The notes under the pieces were generated by a model. The model was not told where the DNA came from and made no database searches. It worked only from the letters and a program-made list of their open reading frames with translations. Made by a program: the position numbers and the translations under genes. Below, piece after piece: positions 29,489-39,831 of a DNA stretch of 64,000 bases. The stretch lies in the NCBI GenBank assembly GCA_964022095.1, contig CAXHZO010000002.1:1-64000 (forward strand). Reading direction: 5' to 3'. The DNA is from an uncultured Arcobacteraceae bacterium. Lineage in GTDB: Bacteria; Campylobacterota; Campylobacteria; Campylobacterales; Arcobacteraceae. Numbering within the stretch: the first letter of the stretch is position 1; each line of letters begins with the position of its first letter.

Positions 29489-30658
29489 TTAGTTGTTTTC
29501 TACAAACTCTTTGATTCTTTTGATTCCCTCTTGAATTGATGCTAAGTCTGTAGCAAATGAGAATCTAAAGTAACCTTCTGTTCCAAATGCAAGACCTGGA
29601 ACAACTGCAACTCCTTTTTGCTCTAATAAATCAGAACAAAATTTCATTGAATCATTTGTAACTTCTTTGATATTGATGAATAAATAAAATGCACCATCTG
29701 GATCAATAGTTGATAATCCTTTGATTGCATTAAATGATTCTACTGCAATATTTTTTCTTTTTTCAAATTCAACTCTCATCATTTCAATTGTTTCATCAGC
29801 TTCACCTTCAAGTGCAGGTATTGCTGCCCATTGAGTTACTGAGTTAACATTTGATGTTACTTGACCTTGTAATTTGATCATAGCTTTAATGATTTCAGTT
29901 TTTGGAGTTGCAATATAACCAAATCTCCATCCAGTCATAGCCACTGCTTTACTTAAGCCATTAATAGTAACTGTTCTTTGGAACATGTCATCACTAATTT
30001 GGGCAGCTGCTGTGAATTTTTTTCCGTTGTACATAATCTTTTCATACATCTCATCTGAGAATACTAAAATATCTGTTCCAACTAAAACTTCAGCAATTGC
30101 TTCAAGCTCTTCTTTTGTATAAACTGCACCAGTTGGATTAGAAGGTGTATTTAATAAAAGAACTTTAGTTCTTGGTGTAATAGCAGCTTTTAATTGTTCT
30201 GCTGTAATTTTAAATTCAGTTGTATCATCAGTATCAATAAATACTGGAACTCCATCAGAAAATTTAACTTGTTCTGGATATGTAACCCAATATGGTGCTG
30301 GAATAATTACTTCATCACCTTCTTCAATTAATAATTGAAATAGGTTAAATAATGAATGTTTCGCTCCATTACTAATAACAATGTTATCTAATTTGTAATC
30401 TAAATCATGATCTTTTTTTAATTTATTAATAATTGCTTGCTTGGTTTGAGTTATTCCTTCAACTGCTGTATATTTAGTGTGTCCATCTTTAATAGCTTGT
30501 ATTGCTGCTTCTTTGATTTTTTCAGGAGTGTTAAAATCTGGTTCTCCTGCACTAAAACTTAGAATATCTTTACCTTGAGCTTTTAACTCTCTTCCTAAGG
30601 CAGTTATTGCCATAGTAACTGATGGAGACAGGTTCTCCATTCTGCTCGCAATTTTCAT
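29489..30658 (-). CDS. Aspartate aminotransferase (class I PLP)
   Basis: GEPDF, PSNPTG, SDEMY, SKAVAMTGWRFG; ATG 30658 after AGGA. Confidence 0.92.
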   Translation of the reverse strand: MKIASRMENLSPSVTMAITALGRELKAQGKDILSFSAGEPDFNTPEKIKEAAIQAIKDGHTKYTAVEGITQTKQAIINKLKKDHDLDYKLDNIVISNGAKHSLFNLFQLLIEEGDEVIIPAPYWVTYPEQVKFSDGVPVFIDTDDTTEFKITAEQLKAAITPRTKVLLLNTPSNPTGAVYTKEELEAIAEVLVGTDILVFSDEMYEKIMYNGKKFTAAAQISDDMFQRTVTINGLSKAVAMTGWRFGYIATPKTEIIKAMIKLQGQVTSNVNSVTQWAAIPALEGEADETIEMMRVEFEKRKNIAVESFNAIKGLSTIDPDGAFYLFINIKEVTNDSMKFCSDLLEQKGVAVVPGLAFGTEGYFRFSFATDLASIQEGIKRIKEFVENN

Positions 30659-30742
30659 TCGCAAATTCCTTAATAAAATTTTGATTATATATTATTTAGA
30701 TATAATTCGCAGATTATAACAAAAATAGACTTAAGGATTTGT

Positions 30743-31336
30743 TTGATTTTCGAAATAGAAGTGGCTGGAAAGCGAATAGACGTTCATCTTGAAAATAAAA
30801 AGCATATAAAACATTGTTATTTAAGAGTTTTAAAAGCTAATATGATTCAAATAAGAGCTAATAGATATTTCGATATTTACGATGCTCATGAACTACTAAA
30901 AAGAAAAATATCTTGGATTGAAAAATCTATTAAACAATTAGAAAAAAAGAGTTTAAATAGCGATGAATTTTTATATCTTGGAGTAAGAAAAAAACTTGAA
31001 GATTATAATATAAAAGATTTGGACAAGTTTTACAAAAAAGAGATAGAAAAATATATATTTCCATTTATTGAAAAATACTCAAAAATGATGGATGTACACC
31101 CAACTTCTACAAAGTTTAGAAAAAATAAAAGAACATGGGGATCATGTAACTATAAAAATGGCTTAAATTTTAATTACTTACTAATGAAATATCCATTGCA
31201 TATTATGGAGTATATTGTTATTCATGAATTAGCTCATATTGAACATAAAAATCACTCCCAAAAGTTTTGGAAATTAGTTGAAAAGTTTTGTCCTGAGTAC
31301 AAAAAAATAGAAAAAGAGTTTAAGACTCTTTTATAA
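30743..31336 (+). CDS. YgjP/DUF45 (M48-like) metallopeptidase family protein
   Basis: RTWGSC, YIVIHELAH, NHSQKFW. Confidence 0.88.
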   Translation: MIFEIEVAGKRIDVHLENKKHIKHCYLRVLKANMIQIRANRYFDIYDAHELLKRKISWIEKSIKQLEKKSLNSDEFLYLGVRKKLEDYNIKDLDKFYKKEIEKYIFPFIEKYSKMMDVHPTSTKFRKNKRTWGSCNYKNGLNFNYLLMKYPLHIMEYIVIHELAHIEHKNHSQKFWKLVEKFCPEYKKIEKEFKTLL

Positions 31337-31736
31337 TTCTTCTTATTTCTTCAAATTTTTTGAAAATATGCTCATTTGTGGCTTTATTTTCAAAAATAGC
31401 ATTAGATTTTTCATTATAATACTCTATTGGTTCTTTGGGTTTTTCTTTTTTTTCAATTTTATTTGTTACAAAAAAAGCTATATCTTCGACATTTGCAATA
31501 TTGATTTTTTTTAATAATGATTTTATATCGCCTTTGTTATACTCAAACTCCATTTTATAAACAGGATGGGTTAATACAAAATAAAGTGTTTGCTTCTTTA
31601 TATAAGCAAACTTAATTCCTTTTCTTAATTTTAAAGGAAGTAGCTCTATGAGTCTTTCTATTGATGATGATGTATTAATCTTTCTGAATTCAGGATTTTT
31701 TTTAAGATGACTAAGAATTTCATTCAATTTTTTCAT
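31320..31736 (-). CDS. Hypothetical protein, DciA/DUF721-like
   Basis: TLYFVLTHPVYKMEF pattern resembles a KH-like DciA domain. Confidence 0.55.
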   Translation of the reverse strand: MKKLNEILSHLKKNPEFRKINTSSSIERLIELLPLKLRKGIKFAYIKKQTLYFVLTHPVYKMEFEYNKGDIKSLLKKINIANVEDIAFFVTNKIEKKEKPKEPIEYYNEKSNAIFENKATNEHIFKKFEEIRRIIKES

Positions 31737-31832
31737 GTTGTTATTATAGCAGGAATTTTATTATCAGCTAATGGTTGTGGTTACAAAGGTGACCCAGTTT
31801 ATGTAAAAACTCAAAAAGAAGTTAAAAAGTAA
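31707..31832 (+). CDS. Small lipoprotein, LptM/YifL-like (41 aa; absent from the ORF track)
   Basis: MTKNFIQFFHVVIIAGILLSANGCGYKGDPVYVKTQKEVKK; stop overlaps the nadB ATG (TAATG). Confidence 0.7.
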   Translation: MTKNFIQFFHVVIIAGILLSANGCGYKGDPVYVKTQKEVKK

Positions 31833-33280
31833 TGACTTATGATTATGTAATAATTGGTGCGGGGATGGCAGGTCTAAACGCTGCTAGACTAATACCAAAA
31901 GATAAAAAAGTATTAATACTTTGTAAGATGTCTCCATGGAATTGTAATACCTTTTGGGCTCAAGGTGGTATTGCAACTGCTGTTGATGAAGATGATGTTC
32001 CTATGCATATTAAAGATACTTTAGAAGCAGGTGTTTATCATAATGATGAAAAAGCAGTTGAACTATTAAGTACAAAATCACTTGATGCTGTGCAAAACTT
32101 AATTGATTCTGGCATGAAATTTGATAAAACATCAAAAGGAAAATTAGCCTTTACAAAAGAAGCAGCTCATAGTAGAAATAGAATTTTACATGCAGATGGT
32201 GATGCAACTGGAAGAATGATTCATATGTTCTTATTAGAACAGTGCAAGCATGAAGTTGTGACTCAAGCAGTGGTAAATGATTTATTAATAAAAGATGATG
32301 TTTGTTACGGAGTTCAATATTATGTTAGTGAAACAGAACAAAAAGTAGCTTATGCAAATAATGTCTTTATTGCAAGTGGTGGTGTAGGTTCAATTTATAG
32401 GTACCATACTAACTCAACTGCAAATGCAGGAGAAATTCAAGGTATTATTGCAGAAAAAAACTTACCACTAAAAGATATGGAAATGATGCAATTTCACCCA
32501 ACTGTTGTTAGAGGAACTTCATTTGCTAGAAAGCCACTTTTAAGTGAAGCTTTAAGAGGTGAGGGTGCTCATGTTGTTGATGAAAATGGTTACAGGTTTT
32601 TATTTGATTATCATGAAGGTGGAGAATTAGCACCAAGAGATGTGGTAAGTAGATCAATTTTTGATTATAATCAAAAAACAGGTCTTGGTGTATTTTTATC
32701 ATTTAAAAACTTTGAAAAGAATGCTTTTAAAAAGAGATTTCCAAATATTTACGCAAACTTAAAAGAACTAGGTTATGAATTGCCTTTTGAAAATGTTCCT
32801 ATTTCTCCAGCATTTCACTATTCAATGGGTGGAATTGATGTAGAAATGAATGGAAAAGTAAAAGGAATGAAAAACTTATATGCCATTGGTGAATCTGCAT
32901 GTACTGGAGTACATGGTGCAAATAGATTAGCATCAAATTCATTACTTGAAGCACTTGTATTTTCTCAACTAGCTGTAGAGGATAGTGAAAAAAATAATTT
33001 TCAAATAACTAAAGATAATTATAGTAAAAGTATTATAGAGTACACTAGGAATAAGGTTATTGATAAAGAAATAAAAAATAATCTTAGAGAAATAATGTGG
33101 AGTAATGCTGGAATTGTAAGAGAAAAATCAAAATTAGAAGAATCACTAAAACAGATTGAAGGTTATTTAACTCATGATGTTGGAAGATTATTATATTTAA
33201 GATTATTAACTGCAAGATCTATTCTAAAAGGTGCAATTAATAGAAAAGAATCATTAGGTGCTCACTATATTAAAAATTGA
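31832..33280 (+). CDS. nadB: L-aspartate oxidase
   Basis: GAGMAGL, WAQGGIA, EAAHS, QFHPT, LAPRDVVSR, HGANRLASNSLLE, ESLGAH. Confidence 0.95.
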   Translation: MTYDYVIIGAGMAGLNAARLIPKDKKVLILCKMSPWNCNTFWAQGGIATAVDEDDVPMHIKDTLEAGVYHNDEKAVELLSTKSLDAVQNLIDSGMKFDKTSKGKLAFTKEAAHSRNRILHADGDATGRMIHMFLLEQCKHEVVTQAVVNDLLIKDDVCYGVQYYVSETEQKVAYANNVFIASGGVGSIYRYHTNSTANAGEIQGIIAEKNLPLKDMEMMQFHPTVVRGTSFARKPLLSEALRGEGAHVVDENGYRFLFDYHEGGELAPRDVVSRSIFDYNQKTGLGVFLSFKNFEKNAFKKRFPNIYANLKELGYELPFENVPISPAFHYSMGGIDVEMNGKVKGMKNLYAIGESACTGVHGANRLASNSLLEALVFSQLAVEDSEKNNFQITKDNYSKSIIEYTRNKVIDKEIKNNLREIMWSNAGIVREKSKLEESLKQIEGYLTHDVGRLLYLRLLTARSILKGAINRKESLGAHYIKN

Positions 33281-33304
33281 CACTTTCTTGACAAAAAATT
33301 GACA
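33277..33304. promoter_or_regulatory. Triple direct repeat TTGACA with 11-bp period (OmpR/PhoB-type box)
   Basis: TTGACA at 33277, 33288 and 33299, upstream of nhaD. Confidence 0.55.
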
Positions 33305-33401
33305 TTTTCTATTATTTTTAAGGCTACTTACGGCAAAATCTATTCTAATTTCTGCTCAAAATAGAAAAAATCTTAAGGGCATATTTTATCAAGGAGAATT
33401 A

Positions 33402-34796
33402 ATGTTAAAAATTTTAATGACATTACTGTTATCGTCAGTGGCGTTATTTGCAGCTAGTGGAGCTTCTGGAACTGCAGAAGTTGCACCAGATATTACTATG
33501 ACATGGGTTGGATTCGCGTGTTTAGTAATTTTCGTAATCGGATATTATTTTGTTGCTGCAGAAGAAAAATATGAAATCGATAAGGCTAAACCTGCGTTAT
33601 TTATCGGTACATTTATGTTTATGTTAGTTGCATTGTATTATGCGTTAAATGGTTTAGATTTAGGGCTTGTACATACAGAAGCACAACACTTAATCTTAGA
33701 GATTGCTGGTATTTTCTTCTTCTTATTTGTTGCTATGACATATATTGAATCATTAATTCACATGGGTGTTTTTGATAGATTAAAATATAACTTAGTATCA
33801 AAGGGATACACATATAGAAAATTATTCTGGGTAACTGGTATTATCGCATTTTTCTTATCTCCAATCGCAGATAACTTAACAACTGCATTAATTTTATCAA
33901 CTGTTTTAATTACTATTGAAAAAACAAGAAAAGACTTCTTAGTTCCTGGTGCTATTAATATCGTTGTTGCAGCAAATGCTGGTGGTGCTTGGTCTCCATT
34001 TGGTGATATTACTACACTTATGGCTTGGACTGCGGGTAAGGGTACATTTACTGACTTCTTATTCTTATTTCCAGCTTCAATTATTGGATACTTAGTAACA
34101 GCTGTTATTTTATCTAAATTTGTACCAGATGTTAAACCTGATTTTGATGCTTCAAAAGAGGAAAAACCTGCTATGGCAGAAGGTGCAAAAGTTGTTATGG
34201 GATTAGGTGTATTTACTATTTTCTGTGCAGTTATGTCACACCAAGTATTACATTTACCAGCTATGTGGGGTATGATGTTTGGTCTTTCTTTACTTAAAAT
34301 TTATTCTTATGGACTTAAAAGAAAATATGGTTCAGATCACTTCAATATTTTCCATTCTATGGCAAAAATTGAAAACAATACATTAATGTTCTTCTTTGGT
34401 ATTTTAGCAGCTGTTGGTGCATTATACTTCATTGGATGGTTAGCATTAGCAGTTATTGTTTATGATCCTTCAGTATTAGGACCAACTTGGTCAAATATTG
34501 GTGTTGGATTCTTATCTGCAATCGTTGATAATGTTCCTGTTATGTCAGCAGTACTTAAAGCATCTCCAGAAATGGGATTAGATCAATGGATGCTTGTTAC
34601 ATTAACAGCTGGTGTTGGTGGTTCTTTAATTTCATTTGGATCTGCAGCTGGTGTTGGTGTTATGGGTAAATTACATGGTATTTATACATTCGGTTCACAC
34701 ATGAAATATGCGTGGGTAATCTTAATTGGTTATATTGTTTCTTGTGCAGTTTGGTATGTTCAATATCAAGTTTTAGGATTCTATCACGTTGGATAA
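33402..34796 (+). CDS. nhaD: Na+/H+ antiporter NhaD
   Basis: KAKPAL, ADNLTTAL, ANAGGAWSPFGDITT, SAIVDNVP, GSAAGV. Confidence 0.93.
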   Translation: MLKILMTLLLSSVALFAASGASGTAEVAPDITMTWVGFACLVIFVIGYYFVAAEEKYEIDKAKPALFIGTFMFMLVALYYALNGLDLGLVHTEAQHLILEIAGIFFFLFVAMTYIESLIHMGVFDRLKYNLVSKGYTYRKLFWVTGIIAFFLSPIADNLTTALILSTVLITIEKTRKDFLVPGAINIVVAANAGGAWSPFGDITTLMAWTAGKGTFTDFLFLFPASIIGYLVTAVILSKFVPDVKPDFDASKEEKPAMAEGAKVVMGLGVFTIFCAVMSHQVLHLPAMWGMMFGLSLLKIYSYGLKRKYGSDHFNIFHSMAKIENNTLMFFFGILAAVGALYFIGWLALAVIVYDPSVLGPTWSNIGVGFLSAIVDNVPVMSAVLKASPEMGLDQWMLVTLTAGVGGSLISFGSAAGVGVMGKLHGIYTFGSHMKYAWVILIGYIVSCAVWYVQYQVLGFYHVG

Positions 34797-34835
34797 AGTA
34801 AAAGTGCTTTAGGCACTTTTACTTCACTTCTTTTT
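34796..34835 (+). terminator. Rho-independent terminator
   Basis: aagtaaaagtgc-tttag-gcacttttactt followed by a T-rich tail. Confidence 0.75.
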
Positions 34836-34939
34836 ATTCTTTTCTACTAATTCACTTTTAACTAACTTTTCGATAAAATATTCAATTAAATTTTTGTAAC
34901 AAACAAGCACTTTTTGTGTTTAATCAAGGAAAAACATAT

Positions 34940-36475
34940 ATGAAACATGTACCAATAGTTGTATTAGATTTCGGTAGTCAATATACTCAAATTATTGCAA
35001 GAAAATTAAGAGAATCAGGTGTTTATTCTGAAATAGTTCCTTACAGTGAAAGTATTGAAGATATTATGGCTAGAACTCCAAAGGGTATTATCCTTTCTGG
35101 TGGTCCAGCTTCTGTTTATGCACCAGATGCATACCACCCTGATGCAACAATTTTTGAATTAGGACTTCCTATTTTAGGTATTTGTTATGGAATGCAGTTA
35201 ATTTCACAACATTTTGGTGGAAGTGTAATTCCAGCAGATCATCATGAATATGGTAAAGCTAAATTAAAATTTGAAAAAGAGAGTGAAATATTTAAAGACA
35301 CTACTGATGGACAAACTGTATGGATGTCACATGGAGATAGAGTTGAAAATATTCCAGAAGGTTTTCAAAAAATCGCTACAAGTGAAAACTCTCCATTTGC
35401 TGCAATTGCAGATTTAGATAGACTTGTTTATGCATTCCAATTCCACCCTGAAGTATACCATTCAGATGAGGGATCAAAATTACTTAAAAACTTTGCAAAA
35501 CATATTTGTGGTTGTGAATCAACATGGAATATGGGTTCATTCGCAAAAGAACAAATCAAAAAAGTTCAAGACCAAGTAGGAAATAAAAAAGTACTATGTG
35601 GTGTATCAGGTGGTGTTGATTCATCAGTTGTTGCTACACTATTAGCTGAAGCTATTGGTGATCAACTTATCCCTGTATTTGTTGATAATGGATTATTAAG
35701 AGCAAATGAAAGAGAACAAGTTGAAGCTATGTTCAAAACTAGAGGTGTTGATTTAATCACTGTTGATGCTAGTGAAACTTTCTTAGAAAGACTTGCAGGT
35801 GTAACTGATCCTGAAACAAAAAGAAAAATTATCGGTGAAACATTTATCGAAGTATTCGATGAAGAATCTAAAAAACACGATGGTATTGAGTTCTTAGCCC
35901 AAGGTACACTTTATACAGATGTTATTGAGTCAGTATCAGTTAAAGGACCATCTAAAACTATCAAATCTCACCACAATGTAGGTGGATTACCTGATTGGAT
36001 GACATTTGAGTTAATCGAGCCATTAAGAGAAATCTTCAAAGATGAAGTAAGACTTTTAGGACTTGAATTAGGACTTCCAAAAGATATGATTGGTAGACAT
36101 CCTTTCCCTGGACCAGGACTTGCTATTAGAGTAATGGGTGATGTAAATAAGCCTGATTTAGAAATCTTAAGAAAAGCTGATACTATTATGTTAGACGTAT
36201 TACATGCTACTGGATTATACGACAAAACATGGCAAGCATTTACAGTACTTCTAAATGTAAAATCAGTAGGTGTTATGGGTGATAACAGAACTTACGATAA
36301 CACTGTTTGTGTAAGAATAGTAGAAGCAACAGATGGTATGACTGCAACATTTGCACATATCCCTCATGATGTATTAGAAACAATCTCTAGAAGAATTATC
36401 AACGAAGTTGATGGAATCAATAGAGTAGTTTATGATATTTCTTCAAAACCACCAGCAACTATCGAGTGGGAATAA
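34940..36475 (+). CDS. guaA: GMP synthase (glutamine-hydrolysing)
   Basis: [36 protein letters not shown] 34940 after AAGGA. Confidence 0.98.
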   Translation: MKHVPIVVLDFGSQYTQIIARKLRESGVYSEIVPYSESIEDIMARTPKGIILSGGPASVYAPDAYHPDATIFELGLPILGICYGMQLISQHFGGSVIPADHHEYGKAKLKFEKESEIFKDTTDGQTVWMSHGDRVENIPEGFQKIATSENSPFAAIADLDRLVYAFQFHPEVYHSDEGSKLLKNFAKHICGCESTWNMGSFAKEQIKKVQDQVGNKKVLCGVSGGVDSSVVATLLAEAIGDQLIPVFVDNGLLRANEREQVEAMFKTRGVDLITVDASETFLERLAGVTDPETKRKIIGETFIEVFDEESKKHDGIEFLAQGTLYTDVIESVSVKGPSKTIKSHHNVGGLPDWMTFELIEPLREIFKDEVRLLGLELGLPKDMIGRHPFPGPGLAIRVMGDVNKPDLEILRKADTIMLDVLHATGLYDKTWQAFTVLLNVKSVGVMGDNRTYDNTVCVRIVEATDGMTATFAHIPHDVLETISRRIINEVDGINRVVYDISSKPPATIEWE

Positions 36476-36579
36476 TTTCTAACAATTTTCACGCATCTTT
36501 CACCAAAGTTTGGCTCGATGTACTTGTAGTACACCTTCGCCAAACTTTGGCAAAATCTACATAAAACTTGTTAGAAATT
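36474..36579. repeat. ~106-bp nested palindromic element (REP/MITE-like or structured RNA)
   Basis: Outer IR aatttctaacaa/ttgttagaaatt, inner IR ccaaagtttggc/gccaaactttgg, apical tgtac/gtaca. Confidence 0.75.
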
Positions 36580-36648
36580 CTCTGACAAACTATATAACCT
36601 ATAAAACAATTTAACTTTTTTGTATAATTAAATAAAAAAGGATTAAAT

Positions 36649-37017
36649 TTGAAAAGAGATTGGGATATTATTAGAACAATATTATTAAAGACTGAGAATA
36701 AGGAAGAATTCTCTCCTATTACACTAAGTGATTTTTCTACTGATAAAAGAGCATTTGTATCTTACAATGTAGAGTTATTACTTGAATCAGGTTTAATAAA
36801 AGGTTATATGTCAAGTATAAATAATGATTCTAGGATAGGTCAAGACTTCTCAATCTATCGACTTACATGGGAAGGACATGAATTTCTTGATTCAATTAAG
36901 AATGATAATGTATGGAAAAAGACAAAAGATACATTTAGTCAGAATTGTATTTCTATGTCTTTTGACTTAATGAAATCTATGGCAAATGAAGTGGCTAAGC
37001 CTCTTCTAGGTTTATAA
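36649..37017 (+). CDS. DUF2513 family protein
   Basis: MKRDWDIIRTILL, LTWEGHEFLDSIK..VW. Confidence 0.88.
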   Translation: MKRDWDIIRTILLKTENKEEFSPITLSDFSTDKRAFVSYNVELLLESGLIKGYMSSINNDSRIGQDFSIYRLTWEGHEFLDSIKNDNVWKKTKDTFSQNCISMSFDLMKSMANEVAKPLLGL

Positions 37018-37035
37018 ATTAAAGGATATATTCTA

Positions 37036-37662
37036 ATGCAAGACTCTATTTATGAAGAAAAAGCTGAATTTTCTTTATCTTCTGGATTTGACCATCACTT
37101 CAAAATGTTCAAACCATATGGTTGTGTGAGTCAATTTAAACCAAAACCAAAGAAAAGTAAGACTTTATTAGGTGATCACTATGATTTCCCTGAAGGTACG
37201 ATGGCGATTGGTAGATTGGATATGGATTCTGAAGGTTTACTTTTACTTACAACAGATGGTATGACAAGTTATAAAGTTAGAGATAAAAGTATAGAAAAAG
37301 AGTACTATGTTCAAGTTGATGGAAAGATTTCTGATGAAGCAATATTAAAGTTATGCAATGGCGTAGAGATTAGTACAAATGGAAAAACATACATGACTCT
37401 TCCTTGCAAGGCTTTTAAGCTAGAGCAAGAACCAACACTACCTTCACGAGGTAGAAATATTCGTAACGCAAAGCATGGAGAAACTTCATGGGCTTCTATT
37501 ACTGTTACTGAAGGTAAGTTTCGACAAGTGCGAAAAATGACAGCAGTTGTAGGTTTTCCTACTTTAAGATTAGTAAGAGTTCGTATAGGAAATATTCATA
37601 TTGATAATTTACAACCAAGTGAAGTAGTTAATTTGAATAATTTAGATGATGTATTTATTTAA
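37036..37662 (+). CDS. rRNA pseudouridine synthase (RsuA family, RluE-like)
   Basis: FKPYG, GRLDMDSEGLLLLT, EGKFRQVRKMTA.VGFPTLRLVR. Confidence 0.9.
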   Translation: MQDSIYEEKAEFSLSSGFDHHFKMFKPYGCVSQFKPKPKKSKTLLGDHYDFPEGTMAIGRLDMDSEGLLLLTTDGMTSYKVRDKSIEKEYYVQVDGKISDEAILKLCNGVEISTNGKTYMTLPCKAFKLEQEPTLPSRGRNIRNAKHGETSWASITVTEGKFRQVRKMTAVVGFPTLRLVRVRIGNIHIDNLQPSEVVNLNNLDDVFI

Positions 37663-37725
37663 AACCTTTTTTCATAAAATTTCACTACAATCACTTTTTA
37701 AAATATATTTATAAATAGGTATAAA

Positions 37726-38475
37726 ATGGTTGAGTTAAATTATAAAAAAGTCGGTACTGGTTCAAAAACTATGATTTTGATGCATGAGTGGATGGGAGAT
37801 CATACAAACTATCATACATGTATTCCTTTTTTAAATACTAGTGCTTTTACTTATATTTTTGTTGATTTTAGAGGCTATGGTTTATCAAAGGATATTCAAG
37901 GTGAGTTTACTTTTGAAGAGATGGTAAGTGATATTAAGAACTTAGTATCAAAACTTGGTCTAGAAGAGTTTTATTTGCTAGGTCATTCTATGTCTTCACT
38001 TATAGCCCAAAAGCTTGCAATGGATTTAAAAAATCAAATAAAAGAACTGTTTTTAATAACTCCTATTTTACCAACAGGTATAAAAATGAAAGAAGCTTCA
38101 AAACAAAAGCTTTTAGATGATGTTAAAAACCAAAATAATGTTATAGAAAATGTAGTAAATCAAGCAAGCAAAAGATACAACAATACTTGGAGAAACTACA
38201 GAATAAATCTAGCTCATAGTTGCTCTACATTGGAAGCAAAAGTTTCATATATGAATATGTATCTATCAAATGATTTTAGTGAAGAGATAAAAGGTTTAGA
38301 TACTAAAATTACAGTTATAACTGGAAAACATGACTTGCCAGCTTTTCATAAAAACTCTTTAGAAAAAAGATTTATGAACTATTATACAAATATCAGTTTT
38401 ATAGAGTGTATGGAATCAGGTCATTATCCTATGATTGAGTGTCCAGTATTTTTCTCAACAGCCATAGATAAGTAG
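37726..38475 (+). CDS. Alpha/beta hydrolase
   Basis: DFRGYG, GHSMS, GHYPM. Confidence 0.85.
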   Translation: MVELNYKKVGTGSKTMILMHEWMGDHTNYHTCIPFLNTSAFTYIFVDFRGYGLSKDIQGEFTFEEMVSDIKNLVSKLGLEEFYLLGHSMSSLIAQKLAMDLKNQIKELFLITPILPTGIKMKEASKQKLLDDVKNQNNVIENVVNQASKRYNNTWRNYRINLAHSCSTLEAKVSYMNMYLSNDFSEEIKGLDTKITVITGKHDLPAFHKNSLEKRFMNYYTNISFIECMESGHYPMIECPVFFSTAIDK

Positions 38476-38476
38476 T

Positions 38477-39178
38477 ATGAAAGAAAAGATATATTTAATC
38501 CCTGGTCTTATGTGTGATGAAAGATTATGGAGTGCAATTATACCTTATTTAGAAGATAAATATGAGCTAATAAACTTACCAATACCTTTAATTGAAAATT
38601 TTGATATGGCTTTAAAAGAGTTAGAAAATATTATAGAAGATGAAAATATAAATCTTTTAGGTTTTTCATTAGGCGCTTATTTAGCTTCTTATTTTACTAT
38701 AAAAAATCCAACAAAAGTAAAAAGGCTTTTTTTATTAGCTGGAACACCAGGAAGTATGAATGAAGATGAAATTATAAAAAGAAAAATGACTTTAAATCAA
38801 ATAGAAAAATTTGGATTTAAAGGCCTATCTCATAAGGTTGTTTTAACACTATTAAAAGAAAAAAACCATGATAATATTGAGTTAATAGAACTAATAAAAG
38901 ATATGTTTAAAAAGCTAGGAAAAGATGTTTATAAAATTCAAATTAAGTCAAGCTTCAATAGAATAGATATATCAAATGAATTGAAAAACTTAAAAATACC
39001 TATTAGATTTTTTTATAGCAAAGAAGACAAACTTTTAAACTATGAGATTTTAAATAAATTTACACAAGAAGATAAACATATATCATTGGTTTCAAAAGAG
39101 GGCTCAAGCCACATGCTACCTTTAGAAGAGTCAAAAGATGTATCAAAAGAGATTATAAAATGGATGGAAATTAGTTAA
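38477..39178 (+). CDS. Alpha/beta hydrolase
   Basis: IPGLMCDERLW, GFSLG, SSHMLPLE. Confidence 0.85.
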   Translation: MKEKIYLIPGLMCDERLWSAIIPYLEDKYELINLPIPLIENFDMALKELENIIEDENINLLGFSLGAYLASYFTIKNPTKVKRLFLLAGTPGSMNEDEIIKRKMTLNQIEKFGFKGLSHKVVLTLLKEKNHDNIELIELIKDMFKKLGKDVYKIQIKSSFNRIDISNELKNLKIPIRFFYSKEDKLLNYEILNKFTQEDKHISLVSKEGSSHMLPLEESKDVSKEIIKWMEIS

Positions 39179-39213
39179 AATCGATTTTTACAAAAATACA
39201 AGGATAATATATT

Positions 39214-39831
39214 TTGGAATTTTTACAAACAATTATAAAATCACTAAATGTAATGAGTACATATGAAGCAATAGCTATGCTTTTAGCAATAGCTTATATT
39301 TTACTAGCTATTAAACAAAGCCTTTGGTGTTGGCCAGCTGCATTTATTTCAACACTTATATATACTATACTTTTTTATGATGTTTCACTTCTTATGGATT
39401 CAGCTTTAAATGCTTACTATCTTATTATGGCAGTTTATGGTTGGTATTCTTGGAAGTATGGAGGAAAGTTAGAAGAAAAGGATTTAGAAGTATCAACTTA
39501 TGGTATAAACAAAAATATTCAAATCATTTTTATTTTAAGCATTGTATCTTTAGCTTTTGGATACATCATGGCAAATTATACAAGTGCTGATTTTGCATAT
39601 GTTGACTCTTTTACTACTGTATTTGCTGTATTTGCAACTTATATGCTTGCTAAAAAAGTTATAGAAAACTGGATATATTGGATTGTTATTGATGTGATTT
39701 CAATTTATATTTATATTCAAAAAGGTTTAAATCTAACAGCAGTTTTATTTATGATTTATACTATATTAGCAATTGTTGCTTACCTAGATTGGAAAAAAGA
39801 TTATGACTTTAGAAAAGCTCAAACAGTATAA
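39214..39831 (+). CDS. pnuC: PnuC-family vitamin transporter
   Basis: WCWP, YGWYSW, DSFTT, ENWIYWIVID. Confidence 0.88.
   Translation: MEFLQTIIKSLNVMSTYEAIAMLLAIAYILLAIKQSLWCWPAAFISTLIYTILFYDVSLLMDSALNAYYLIMAVYGWYSWKYGGKLEEKDLEVSTYGINKNIQIIFILSIVSLAFGYIMANYTSADFAYVDSFTTVFAVFATYMLAKKVIENWIYWIVIDVISIYIYIQKGLNLTAVLFMIYTILAIVAYLDWKKDYDFRKAQTV

Noticed and set aside
36440-37700. guaA-integrated island with an att duplication
   Set aside because: No integrase and no second copy of the guaA 3' end found by eye in the window
39179-39213. TPP riboswitch before pnuC
   Set aside because: The gap is too short and has no TPP consensus
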